Positions 8,272 to 17,264 of a stretch of 53,510 nucleotides of DNA are shown here, piece by piece. The notes beneath the pieces are model-generated. The model did not search any database, was not told the origin of the DNA, and saw nothing but the letters and a program-made list of their open reading frames with translations. Source of the stretch: Deltaproteobacteria bacterium. GTDB taxonomy: Bacteria; Desulfobacterota; GWC2-55-46. Numbering within the stretch: position 1 is the stretch's first letter; each line of letters begins with the position of its first letter. The translations under genes were made by a program, and so were the position numbers. The DNA lies in contig JACRCE010000013.1 of NCBI GenBank assembly GCA_016213015.1, positions 1-53,510 of the forward strand. Direction: 5' to 3'.

Positions 8272-10161
8272 TCAGCGCGCGGGCACGGCGTCGGGTAATA
8301 TCGGCGGAGGAGGCGGCGGGATAGGATACGGCATGGTCTGAGGGGACTCCTGCCCAACGGCGGGTGAGACGTCCTTGACCGCTCCATGCCGCTCGATCGC
8401 CTCGGGGAAAAACCCCTCAAGCAAAGGCTTTACCGACGGAGAGTCGTCTCGGCCGGAAAAAAACCCGGAAGACGCCTCCTCAGGCAATTCGAGTTTTCTC
8501 AATATGTGCGGGGTTATGGACATGAGTATCTCCGTCTTTACCTTGCTGCTGTCAACATTGGAGAAAAGCCTGCCTATGACCGGCACATCGCCAAATAGAG
8601 GTATCTTGGCGGTAGTCGTTCTCTCTTCGTCGTTCATAAGGCCGCCTATGATCTGGGTCTGTCCGTCATGGAGCCTCAATAACGTTTCGGTATTCCTCGT
8701 GCCTATCTGATAAACGACGCTGCCGTTGGTCGTGGTCGTTTTTGTTCCCAAAGAACTCACCTCGAGGCCGAGTTTAATGTCAACGTCGTCGTTGTGCCTT
8801 ATGGCAGGCTCTACCGAGAGTTTGAGCCCGACATCCGTGTACTGAACATTTTCGGTTGAAACGCCTTGGTTCACCGTCGTCGTTATTATCGGCACCCTCT
8901 CTCCGACGTGTATTTTGGCCTTTGCGTTGTTCCTCACGCGTATCCTCGGGTTGGCCAGTATATTGGCGTCGAGGTCTTGCCTTTTGATGTTCAGGGCGGC
9001 GGAGGGCAACCCTATAAGAAGGTCCCCGCTCGACAGAGATCCTAAATTTCTCAGGGATATGGTGCCCGCGCTAGTCGGTATGGCCGCCGTAACGGCGTCT
9101 GGGGAGAAGTCTATGCCGAGGTTGGAGGCCTTGTTCCTGTCTATCTCCATTATGGTTACTTCGAGCATTACTTCCGAGTCGGCCAGGTCGGTGGCGGCGA
9201 TTATCTTCTGCGCGAGGTCGAGGGCGTCGGGTTTTGAACGCACCACTATGGCGTTGAGTTCCTCCTGCACCGCGATGTCCCTGGCCTTTATCATCGTCTT
9301 GAGCAGATTAGCGGTCTTCTTTGCGTCGCTGTTGGTAAGGTAGAAGACCTTTATCATCAGCTCATCGTACTGCGAGATCTTTTGCGGCGTGGCCGGGTAT
9401 ATGATGATGCTGCTTTCGTTCGCCACCTTTCTGCCGAGTTTGTTTGTGACGAGTAATAGTTCGACGGCCTGCTGAAATGTGGCGCCCTTGATGAAGATAG
9501 ATGTCTTTTCGTCCCTCATGTCGGAATCGAAGACAAAGTTTATTCCAGACAGCCTGGAGAGCACCTCGAACACCTTTTTCACCGGCGCGTCCTTGAACTC
9601 AAGGGTTATCGGGGCGGCTGATTTGATGTCGAGCTCATAGCCGTCCATTACTACTTTCTGTTGTTTTCCGAGTTTTTCAAGCCCCTCGGCCGCCGCAAGG
9701 TTGTCGCGGTCGAGGTCAACGGCCTTTTTGAACGCGGTCTTCGCGCCGGATTCGTCTCCTTTTTTCAAGGACTCAAGCCCCTTGGCGTAATAATAAAGCG
9801 AGTCCATGAGCCTCCGGGTCTTTTTAAGAGCGGCCTGCGCCCTATCGTAGGCGGGGTCCATGATGAGGGCGGCCTGAAACTCAAGGGCGGCCATGTCGTG
9901 GTTACTTTTGCCGAGGCTGTCCATGCCGCGATTATAGTGTATCCGGGCGGCCTCCTGCCGGGCGCGGGTGTACCCCATCTTGTATTCTAAATTATGCGGG
10001 CTTTCCCTGTACGCGTCACGGTACCTTAAAACGGCCTCGTCCCACTCTCCGGCCGCAGCCAATTCATCTGCCTCGCGCGCCGCCTGCATGGACGCACAAC
10101 CGCTGATAATGAACGCCGTTATCAGAAGCGCAACAAGCGACATATATGACGATTTGAACAT
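8272..10161 (-). CDS. gspD: Secretin GspD with lipoprotein signal and TPR repeats
   Basis: Lipobox ISGC, TPR-like helices, STN/N domains, secretin motifs ILANPRIRV and IPLFGDVPVIGRLF, and a Pro-rich tail. Confidence 0.95.
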   Translation of the reverse strand: MFKSSYMSLVALLITAFIISGCASMQAAREADELAAAGEWDEAVLRYRDAYRESPHNLEYKMGYTRARQEAARIHYNRGMDSLGKSNHDMAALEFQAALIMDPAYDRAQAALKKTRRLMDSLYYYAKGLESLKKGDESGAKTAFKKAVDLDRDNLAAAEGLEKLGKQQKVVMDGYELDIKSAAPITLEFKDAPVKKVFEVLSRLSGINFVFDSDMRDEKTSIFIKGATFQQAVELLLVTNKLGRKVANESSIIIYPATPQKISQYDELMIKVFYLTNSDAKKTANLLKTMIKARDIAVQEELNAIVVRSKPDALDLAQKIIAATDLADSEVMLEVTIMEIDRNKASNLGIDFSPDAVTAAIPTSAGTISLRNLGSLSSGDLLIGLPSAALNIKRQDLDANILANPRIRVRNNAKAKIHVGERVPIITTTVNQGVSTENVQYTDVGLKLSVEPAIRHNDDVDIKLGLEVSSLGTKTTTTNGSVVYQIGTRNTETLLRLHDGQTQIIGGLMNDEERTTTAKIPLFGDVPVIGRLFSNVDSSKVKTEILMSITPHILRKLELPEEASSGFFSGRDDSPSVKPLLEGFFPEAIERHGAVKDVSPAVGQESPQTMPYPIPPPPPPILPDAVPAR

Positions 10162-10231
10162 GGCGCAACTTCCTTAGTCATAATCGGGAAAACTATCTGA
10201 TTTTTAGAGGCAGCCTCCGTTGATATTATTA

Positions 10232-10259
10232 ATAATACTATATTGAAGCCGAAAGTCAA
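10232..10259 (-). promoter_or_regulatory. Putative sigma70 promoter for the T2SS operon
   Basis: Minus strand TTGACT-16nt-TATTAT, overlapping the AT palindrome TATTATTAATAATA (10224-10237). Confidence 0.45.
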
Positions 10260-10486
10260 TTAATAACTGTCTCCATCCTTTCACTCCTAACCGGCATTAA
10301 AACTTGCTATATCATTTGCCTGCCACTCTTGTAATTCTTGTTTCATCAAATTGCTGAAATTATGTCTTGCCGAACCCCATATCCCAAGACGGGTTTTATG
10401 TTTTTTGTGAATCAATCGCTATTGTTATTTTAGAGTAGTACCGATTGTTCCGAATTGTCTGTCGCCGCCAAAAAATAAAATTTGAT

Positions 10487-10515
10487 TTGACAACGGTGCC
10501 GGAAAGGAGGACAAT
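10487..10515 (+). promoter_or_regulatory. Putative sigma70 promoter for the rightward cytochrome operon
   Basis: TTGACA-17nt-GACAAT with an A/T-rich UP-like element upstream. Confidence 0.55.
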
Positions 10516-10534
10516 AATCACAGCTGTAATCTCT

Positions 10535-10633
10535 CCGCACGCTGCGGCTAAAAACATCCGGCTATAGCAGCCGATGCGAGGTAATGACGCCTCTGTCCCT
10601 TGCAGACAATGGCTTGGAAGCGTTTTTTATTTT
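10535..10633 (+). promoter_or_regulatory. Structured 5' leader ending in a terminator-like hairpin
   Basis: Hairpins CCGCA/TGCGG and CATC(C)GGCT-ATAGC-AGCCGATG, then GACGC...TGTC/GACA...GCGTT followed by TTTTTTATTTT. Confidence 0.5.
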
Positions 10634-10657
10634 CTGGGCGATGGCGAGCGCTTTATT

Positions 10658-13540
10658 ATGAAAAAGGTTCTTTCGATAATAGCGGTTCTTGCCTTAATTT
10701 TTGCCGCCTGCGTGGAGCCGGCAAAGGCATGGGCGTTTTCGTCCGCCGGGGAGATACAGAGGGAGATAGTGGCGCAGGGCATCTCGATCATGACCATCCC
10801 TTTTATCGCTAACAAGGGTCAGGCCGAAGAATCCGTCAGGTTTTATGCGAGGACGTTTTTCGGCGGCACGGTCTTTGTCACGGGGAATGGGGAGATCGTC
10901 TACTCCATACCCAAGAAGGACGACGGCGGGGACGGCGTCAAGGTCATCGGTTTTAAGGAGGTATTCGCCGGAGGCAGGGTCAACGAGGCCGAGGGCGAGT
11001 CCATCTCCTCTACGGCTATCAACTCCTTTACCGGCAAGTACCCGTCGGCATGGAGGGGCAATATCCCGACCTACGGCTCTGTGAGCATGGGAGAGGTCTA
11101 TGACGGGATAACGGTGAGGCTTGCGGCAAAGGGGAACAACGTTGAGAAGCTCTTCTACGTGAGACCCCAGGCCGACCCGAGTCTCATCAGGATGGAGATG
11201 GAAGGCATCAAGGGCTTGTTCGTCAACTCGTCCGGGGAGCTTGAGGCTGAAACGGAACTCGGGGCGGTAAGGTTCACCAAGCCGGTCGCATATCAGGAAA
11301 TAGGGGGCGCGAGGAAAGAGGTAAGCGCGGAGTATGAAATCAAGCCCTCGGTTGCCGGACGGCACGCGTACGCCTTCAGGCTCGGCGAATACGACGCTGC
11401 CGAGGAATTGGTCATAGACCCGCTCCTTGCGTCCACCTTCATCGGAGGCGGCAGCTATGATTACGCATACGGGGTCGCGGTAGATTCCTCCGGCAACGTC
11501 TACGTGGCCGGCGCAACGGCCTCGCCGGACTACCCCTCGGCTTCATCAGGAGCGGGGCGCAAGCCGGGCGGCTACGACGTGTTCATATCGAAGTTCAACG
11601 CGGGTCTTACGACGCTGATTTCAACGGCCTTCATCGGGGGCTCGGGCGAGGACTATGCCTATGCCGTCGCCCTTGACCCGTCAGGCAACGTCTATGTCGC
11701 TGGCGCTACGGCCTCGCCGGATTTCCCCGTATCCGGGACGCCTTACGACAAGAGCCACAACAACGGCTACGACGCCTTCGTGTCCAAGTTCACCCCAGAC
11801 CTTTCCACGCTTGAGGCTTCATCCTTAATAGGCGGCGCGGGCGACGATTTCGCATACGCGCTGGCAATAAACTCGACGGGCGGCGTCTATGTCGCCGGGA
11901 GGACGGGCTCATCCGACTATCCGGTATCATGGATGCCTTATGACGGGAGATACAACGGCGGCTACGACGCCTTCGTATCCAAGTTCACCCCAGACCTTTC
12001 CACGCTTGAGGCATCGTCATTCATCGGCGGGGCCGATTATGACAGGGCCTATGCCCTGGCCATTGACCAGACAGGTTCCGTGTACGTGGCCGGCAGGACC
12101 GCTTCGGCCGATTACCCCACGACAGTCGCGTCCTTTGACAAGAGCTACAACGGCGGCTCCGACGCCTTCGTGTCCAAGTTGGACGGCGCGTTGTCCAATC
12201 TGATCGCCTCTACCTTTATTGGAGGAGGCGACAACGATTACGGCGCGGCCATAGCCATAGACAACGCAGGGAACGTCTACGTCGCCGGCGCTACCGCCTC
12301 GTCCGATTATCCGTCGTCCGGTGCGCCTTACAACGGCACGTTCAACGGCGGTTACGACGCTTTCATATCCAAGTTCGACGCCGGACTGGCCTCGCTCCAG
12401 ACCACAACTTTCTTGGGAGGGAGCGGCTACGACTACGCGACAACGATAGCCATAGACCGCAATGACGAGGTGATCGTCGCCGGATATACCAACTCATCGG
12501 ATTATCCAACCACGGCCGACTCCTATGACTCAAGTCACAACGGCGGCTACGACGTCTTCATCTCCATGCTCGACAACCGCCTCTCAACCGTCAGCGCCTC
12601 CACGTTCATGGGCGCAAGCGGCTACGACTACGCGGCGGCAACAGCCATAGACGTTAACGGCGACGTATACATCGCGGGGTATACCTATTCACCGGCTTAT
12701 CCCGTTGCCGACGGCGCTTACGGACAAGGGTTGAACGGCGACTTAAACGACGTTTTCGTTTCAAAGCTCGCCCGCAACCTTGCGCCGGCGATAGACGGAG
12801 CGCGGGGCGCGGACTACGACGAAACCGCTTCAGTCATCATAGCCAATGACGCCGGTTACGATACGGCCCCGGCAACGACGGACATTGCAACGACCTTGCC
12901 TGCAACTCCGGGTACCGTCGGCACATCGGCAATGTTTACCGCTTACGCCTACGCCCCCCGGATAGTCATTGACGCAAACGGCAATGCAATCGCGGTATCG
13001 TATCGAGATGACGGCGCCGGGTATTGCAGCTATTACACCAAGGGCGCGCTCTGGACAGCGGCAAGGCTCATGGAGATCGGAAACGCATACCTTCCCAGGA
13101 TAGCCTTTGCTCCAAACAACAACGCAATCGCGGTATGGCATCAAGATGACGGCACGGGGCGTTACGGCATATATGCCGGCCATTACGCCGCCGAGGGCGC
13201 GCTTTGGGGAACGCCGACGCTCATAAATACCGGCGTTGCAAACGCATACCTGCCCCAGATAGCCTTTGCTCCAAACAACAACGCAATCGCGGTATGGCAT
13301 CAGGATGACGGCACGGGGCGTTACGGCATATATGCCGGCCATTACACCGATGGCACGGGTTGGGGAACGCCGACGCTCATAAATACCGGCGTTGCAAACG
13401 CATACCTGCCCAGGATAGCCTTTACTCCAAACGGCAATGCAATCGCGGTATGGTATCAGGATGACGGCGCCGGGTATTACAGCTATTACACCGAGGGCGC
13501 TGGTTGGGGAGCGCCGGGACCTATAAATGCGCCTCAATAA
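10658..13540 (+). CDS. Secreted SBBP (beta-propeller) repeat protein with C-terminal tandem repeats
   Basis: Likely start MKKVLSIIAV (signal peptide). Contains the FIANKGQ...ELVIDP N-domain, ~7 repeats of STFIGGxxxDYAYxxAxDxxGNVYVAGxTxSxDYP, and C-terminal AYLPRIAFAPNNNAIAVW repeats. Confidence 0.9.
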   Translation: MKKVLSIIAVLALIFAACVEPAKAWAFSSAGEIQREIVAQGISIMTIPFIANKGQAEESVRFYARTFFGGTVFVTGNGEIVYSIPKKDDGGDGVKVIGFKEVFAGGRVNEAEGESISSTAINSFTGKYPSAWRGNIPTYGSVSMGEVYDGITVRLAAKGNNVEKLFYVRPQADPSLIRMEMEGIKGLFVNSSGELEAETELGAVRFTKPVAYQEIGGARKEVSAEYEIKPSVAGRHAYAFRLGEYDAAEELVIDPLLASTFIGGGSYDYAYGVAVDSSGNVYVAGATASPDYPSASSGAGRKPGGYDVFISKFNAGLTTLISTAFIGGSGEDYAYAVALDPSGNVYVAGATASPDFPVSGTPYDKSHNNGYDAFVSKFTPDLSTLEASSLIGGAGDDFAYALAINSTGGVYVAGRTGSSDYPVSWMPYDGRYNGGYDAFVSKFTPDLSTLEASSFIGGADYDRAYALAIDQTGSVYVAGRTASADYPTTVASFDKSYNGGSDAFVSKLDGALSNLIASTFIGGGDNDYGAAIAIDNAGNVYVAGATASSDYPSSGAPYNGTFNGGYDAFISKFDAGLASLQTTTFLGGSGYDYATTIAIDRNDEVIVAGYTNSSDYPTTADSYDSSHNGGYDVFISMLDNRLSTVSASTFMGASGYDYAAATAIDVNGDVYIAGYTYSPAYPVADGAYGQGLNGDLNDVFVSKLARNLAPAIDGARGADYDETASVIIANDAGYDTAPATTDIATTLPATPGTVGTSAMFTAYAYAPRIVIDANGNAIAVSYRDDGAGYCSYYTKGALWTAARLMEIGNAYLPRIAFAPNNNAIAVWHQDDGTGRYGIYAGHYAAEGALWGTPTLINTGVANAYLPQIAFAPNNNAIAVWHQDDGTGRYGIYAGHYTDGTGWGTPTLINTGVANAYLPRIAFTPNGNAIAVWYQDDGAGYYSYYTEGAGWGAPGPINAPQ
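12950..13520 (+). repeat. Four intragenic tandem repeats (~156-159 bp for the central units)
   Basis: aaacgcatacct..cc.agatagccttt recurs at ~13081, 13240 and 13396; a divergent first unit lies near 12950. Confidence 0.85.
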
Positions 13541-15662
13541 AACAGAAATATATATAGTTGCCATGATATTCACGACCATTCTTTTTATGAAGGGTATCAG
13601 GTTGGTTTACGCAACAAACGGCGCATTCCCGTATTCGAAGCACGGCGGAGGCACAACCGATGGAGAGACCCCATGCGCCGGAGGCGTCAACAGGGGCCTT
13701 GGAACCGATTACGGCGGAAACTGCACAAACGCCGTCTACTATAACGATCCCGATGCCGGCAAATACGTCTCCGGCGAGTGCAATCACTGCCATGAGCCGC
13801 ATGCGAGTTTCGGAGGCGCCGAACCCTCTCCTTCGTCAAGCGGCGACGCGGGCCCTGATCCATATCTTGTATTCAAGCAATACGGAACATCGGCCGGTTA
13901 TAGCGAGCTGTGCTGGTACTGCCATGAGAATATATCCAACATAAACGGCTCCGGCTCTCAACCGACCATGGGCAGATGGGGTTTTTATCAGGGCAAGGCG
14001 ATTTATCAGGCGTCGAGCCATTATAGTCCGCCGGCGGGCGAGTTTTACTGGCCCGGCGACGGGAGCGGCTCGCCGATATGGCCGAGGACAAACAGGAACG
14101 GCCTTCCCACCGGCAATAAGGGAAGCTGTCTTAACTGCCATACCCCGCACGGCATAAGGGCGCTTGACGCGCCAAGCGCATATGACGCCGCTTCACCTGA
14201 CGGAACCGGCGGCGTGCCGGCCTCAATGCAGACCGTTGCAAGCGGCAACCCGTCGGTAAACGCGGACTACCTCATACCAAGACAACTCATCGCTTGGGAG
14301 GAGACCCTTTGCGAGAGATGCCACGACTCATCAGGCCCTTCGACGCGGGACATACAAACCGAGATAAACAAGAGGGGCGCCGGTCCGTTCAGCGGAAGCG
14401 GCCACCCGGTTGACGATACGACGCTTGCCGGAAGACACGTCGCAAGCGAGGCCGTGCCCGTTACGACAAAGCACGTGGAGTGCTACGACTGCCATAATCC
14501 TCATGCCGCCAAGGCCCCCACCAACGTACAGGGAGACGGCGACGGCGGCAGGGTCAAGGGCATGAAGTATGTGGATATCGACGGCATTACCCGCGATCCC
14601 GCGGTCGCGGACAGGCAGCCCTACGTTTACGAGATTTGCCTTAAATGCCACGGCAACACGTTTGCAACGTTCATACCGGCCGACAAGTACGCTTCAGCCT
14701 ACAACCAGCCCACGTTGCCGCTTCGCGCCACTTCAGGCTCTCCGGCCTCCTCATACACCTACGGTAGCAACAAAAGGCTTGAGTTCAACGCATCGAGCGT
14801 CGGGACTCAAACCGCGTGCGGGTCATATCCGGCTTCGGATTGCAACCCGAGTCTCAGCCAGAACATGGCGTACCATCCGGTGAGCCAAGCCGGGAGGAAC
14901 GCAACCGCCGCCATTTCATTGGGGCTGCTTGCCGGACTCTCGTCCGCGAGCACCATCCACTGCACCGACTGCCATAATAACGACGCAACCGCTGCAACGA
15001 GCGGTCCTGTAACCGGGTCCAATATCAGGGTTACGGACAGGCCGAGTTCATACGTCGGACTAAGCCCGGTCGGGCCGCACGGCTCCAGCCCCGCGCCGGT
15101 TTCAGGATACTATACGGCCAGACTCCTCAGGGCCAACTACAATACGACCCTTGGGATATGGAACGGGACGTATTGGGACAAGCCGTTTTCAACCTTCGAC
15201 TCCAACAATTTCGCGCTCTGTTTTTTGTGCCATGATCAGGACGCCTTCACCTGCCAGCCGGCCACGGAGGCCTGCAACTGGACGTCCGGGCCGAAAACCA
15301 ACTTTTACTCCGCGGCGTATGACATCAACCTGCATGCGTCCCACCTGGCCGGTAAACCCGGCCTGTCCGCGGCCGGGACATTTACCACCTGCGCCAACTG
15401 CCACTATAACGTCCATTCCAACGTAGAGGCGGCAAATACCATGTATGAAGACAGCAATGACGCCACGTGGAACAGGTCCACCGACGGCGCCAGACTGGTG
15501 AATTTTTCACCCATTGTGGGGCCGAGCACATGGTGGAATTACAGCAGGCCTTTTTGGGGGTGCGTGTACTGGTTCTCCCAGAGGAAGGGGTGCGACTTCA
15601 ACTGCCACGGGTTTGATCAGGAGTTGTTTTACGCGCCGCCGGATATGAGCGGCTGCCAGTAA
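13527..15662 (+). CDS. Multiheme c-type cytochrome (9 CxxCH + 1 CX3CH)
   Basis: Signal peptide; CNHCH, CWYCH, CLNCH, CERCH, CYDCH, CLKCH, CTDCH, CFLCH, CANCH and terminal CDFNCH. Confidence 0.95.
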   Translation: MRLNKTEIYIVAMIFTTILFMKGIRLVYATNGAFPYSKHGGGTTDGETPCAGGVNRGLGTDYGGNCTNAVYYNDPDAGKYVSGECNHCHEPHASFGGAEPSPSSSGDAGPDPYLVFKQYGTSAGYSELCWYCHENISNINGSGSQPTMGRWGFYQGKAIYQASSHYSPPAGEFYWPGDGSGSPIWPRTNRNGLPTGNKGSCLNCHTPHGIRALDAPSAYDAASPDGTGGVPASMQTVASGNPSVNADYLIPRQLIAWEETLCERCHDSSGPSTRDIQTEINKRGAGPFSGSGHPVDDTTLAGRHVASEAVPVTTKHVECYDCHNPHAAKAPTNVQGDGDGGRVKGMKYVDIDGITRDPAVADRQPYVYEICLKCHGNTFATFIPADKYASAYNQPTLPLRATSGSPASSYTYGSNKRLEFNASSVGTQTACGSYPASDCNPSLSQNMAYHPVSQAGRNATAAISLGLLAGLSSASTIHCTDCHNNDATAATSGPVTGSNIRVTDRPSSYVGLSPVGPHGSSPAPVSGYYTARLLRANYNTTLGIWNGTYWDKPFSTFDSNNFALCFLCHDQDAFTCQPATEACNWTSGPKTNFYSAAYDINLHASHLAGKPGLSAAGTFTTCANCHYNVHSNVEAANTMYEDSNDATWNRSTDGARLVNFSPIVGPSTWWNYSRPFWGCVYWFSQRKGCDFNCHGFDQELFYAPPDMSGCQ

Positions 15663-15682
15663 GCGCCGGAGGCAATAGGCTG

Positions 15683-15946
15683 ATGAAAAAGTTGTCCGTT
15701 ATAGTTCTGATATGCGTTTTTTTCAGCGCAGGGGCGTCCTTGGGCGGCTCTCAATATCAAGCGGGCGGCGCACAGGGCGCGTTCGGTCAGGCAAAAAGAA
15801 ACAGGTGCAAGGAGTGTCATCAGGCCAGAGGACAAGGCAGGGGCGCGCCTCTTGCACAGGGTTTTTTACCCGAGGACCATACCTTTTTGAAAAAAAGAAA
15901 AGACGGCAACCCCTCTCATATGCCTTTGCAACGGCAAAAGAGGTAA
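15683..15946 (+). CDS. Small putative monoheme cytochrome c (possibly degenerate)
   Basis: GGAGG RBS, signal peptide MKKLSVIVLICVFFSAGASLG, a single CKECH, and a basic low-complexity tail. Confidence 0.55.
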   Translation: MKKLSVIVLICVFFSAGASLGGSQYQAGGAQGAFGQAKRNRCKECHQARGQGRGAPLAQGFLPEDHTFLKKRKDGNPSHMPLQRQKR

Positions 15947-15955
15947 GAGGCGGAC

Positions 15956-17239
15956 ATGAAAACGAATAAAACCATGGTGAAAAAGATCACGCTCGCGGGT
16001 TTCCTGTCCCTGTGCCTCAACGTATTTCTTTATATCACCTTGTCGGACGCCGCTTCAGCCCCTCAAGCAACGTATCTTAACGGCATCACGGACGGGATGC
16101 ACTCGCCGGCGAGGATAGCGGTCGGCCCAAACGGCGATATATACGTTACCGACCCAAGGAAGGCGAAGATACACGTCTACCGGCCGACAGGGGAGTTGAT
16201 GCGCTCACAGGCCGTTGGGGGCGCGCCATTGAGCGTCGCCGTTGACAACGCCGGCAATGTCTACGTCGGCGACGCAACGGCAAAAACCATAAAGGTTTAC
16301 GACACGAACTGGCTGTATCTGCGCGTTATAGGGGCGGGTAACGGCGAGTCGGACGACATTTCCATAAGTTCTTCCACGGGCAAACTATTCGCTACGGACG
16401 GCAAAAACAACGTTATCAGGATATACAACTCCGACGGAACCCTTTACAAGACGGTCGGGGGCATGGGCAGCGCAACGGGCAAGTTCAATTTTCCCACAGG
16501 GGTAACGGTCAACGACGCGGCAGGGGATGTCATTGTCGTCGACCAGATGAACAACAGAATACAGATATTCGACCTCGATGGAAATTACAAGTCCGCCATA
16601 ACCCCTCCGGCCTCCACGAGGAGCGGCTCTTACAGCAATGGCGCCCTTGCGAGCGGACAGGGCCTGGCGGTTGACGGCCAGAGGAGGATATACGCGGTAG
16701 ACGCCTTCCTTGGCACGGTGCACGTATATGACGGCAACGGCGCGTGGCTCAAGTCGATAGGCTCATTCGGAACTGGCCCAGGGCGACTTAACGTCCCTCT
16801 CGACGTTGTCATAGACGGCTACAACAGATTGCTTATCACGTCATCCAATACCAGCGCGGTCGAGATATACGGGATAGACGCCTACACCGTGCCCACGACG
16901 GACCCTTCGGCGCAAAACCAAACGCCGTCTTCATACGCCCTTTCCGGCGTCCAATGGGAGTCGGGTACCATAGACCTCGCGAGCGCCGACCTTTTTGTAG
17001 GCGTCATTATAACCGACACTGAGATACTCGACATTGACGTTGCCAGCGTCAGGCTCAACGCCGCTGTGCCGGTAGAGGCTTTCACCATAAAGGGAGACCT
17101 GTTGACCTTGAGGTTCAACAAGGACAAGGTGCGGGCAACGCTGACGGTATCGGCTGACGGGGACGCGACCGTGGCCATTACAGGGAACATGCGCGCGGGC
17201 GGCTTCTCTTACGCGGGAACGGTTAAGGTAATACGATAA
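15956..17239 (+). CDS. Secreted NHL-repeat beta-propeller protein with C-terminal Ig-like domain
   Basis: Signal/TM N-terminus, NHL repeats (GKFNFPTGVTVN, NNRIQIFDLDG, GRLNVPLDVVID), and C-terminal DIDVASVRLN...LTLRF...ITG domain. Confidence 0.9.
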   Translation: MKTNKTMVKKITLAGFLSLCLNVFLYITLSDAASAPQATYLNGITDGMHSPARIAVGPNGDIYVTDPRKAKIHVYRPTGELMRSQAVGGAPLSVAVDNAGNVYVGDATAKTIKVYDTNWLYLRVIGAGNGESDDISISSSTGKLFATDGKNNVIRIYNSDGTLYKTVGGMGSATGKFNFPTGVTVNDAAGDVIVVDQMNNRIQIFDLDGNYKSAITPPASTRSGSYSNGALASGQGLAVDGQRRIYAVDAFLGTVHVYDGNGAWLKSIGSFGTGPGRLNVPLDVVIDGYNRLLITSSNTSAVEIYGIDAYTVPTTDPSAQNQTPSSYALSGVQWESGTIDLASADLFVGVIITDTEILDIDVASVRLNAAVPVEAFTIKGDLLTLRFNKDKVRATLTVSADGDATVAITGNMRAGGFSYAGTVKVIR

Positions 17240-17264
17240 ATGGCCGAAGAGAGGAGGAGCGAGC

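Noticed and set aside
1376-10161. Type IVa pilus operon
   Set aside because: No PilT and no PilA-type major pilin. The pilins are GspG/OxpG-type with a TPR secretin, so T2SS is preferred despite the PilMNO-like genes.
10220-10240. Fur/PerR box at the T2SS promoter
   Set aside because: The AT-only palindrome does not match GATAATGATAATCATTATC well and could be chance in an AT-rich spacer.
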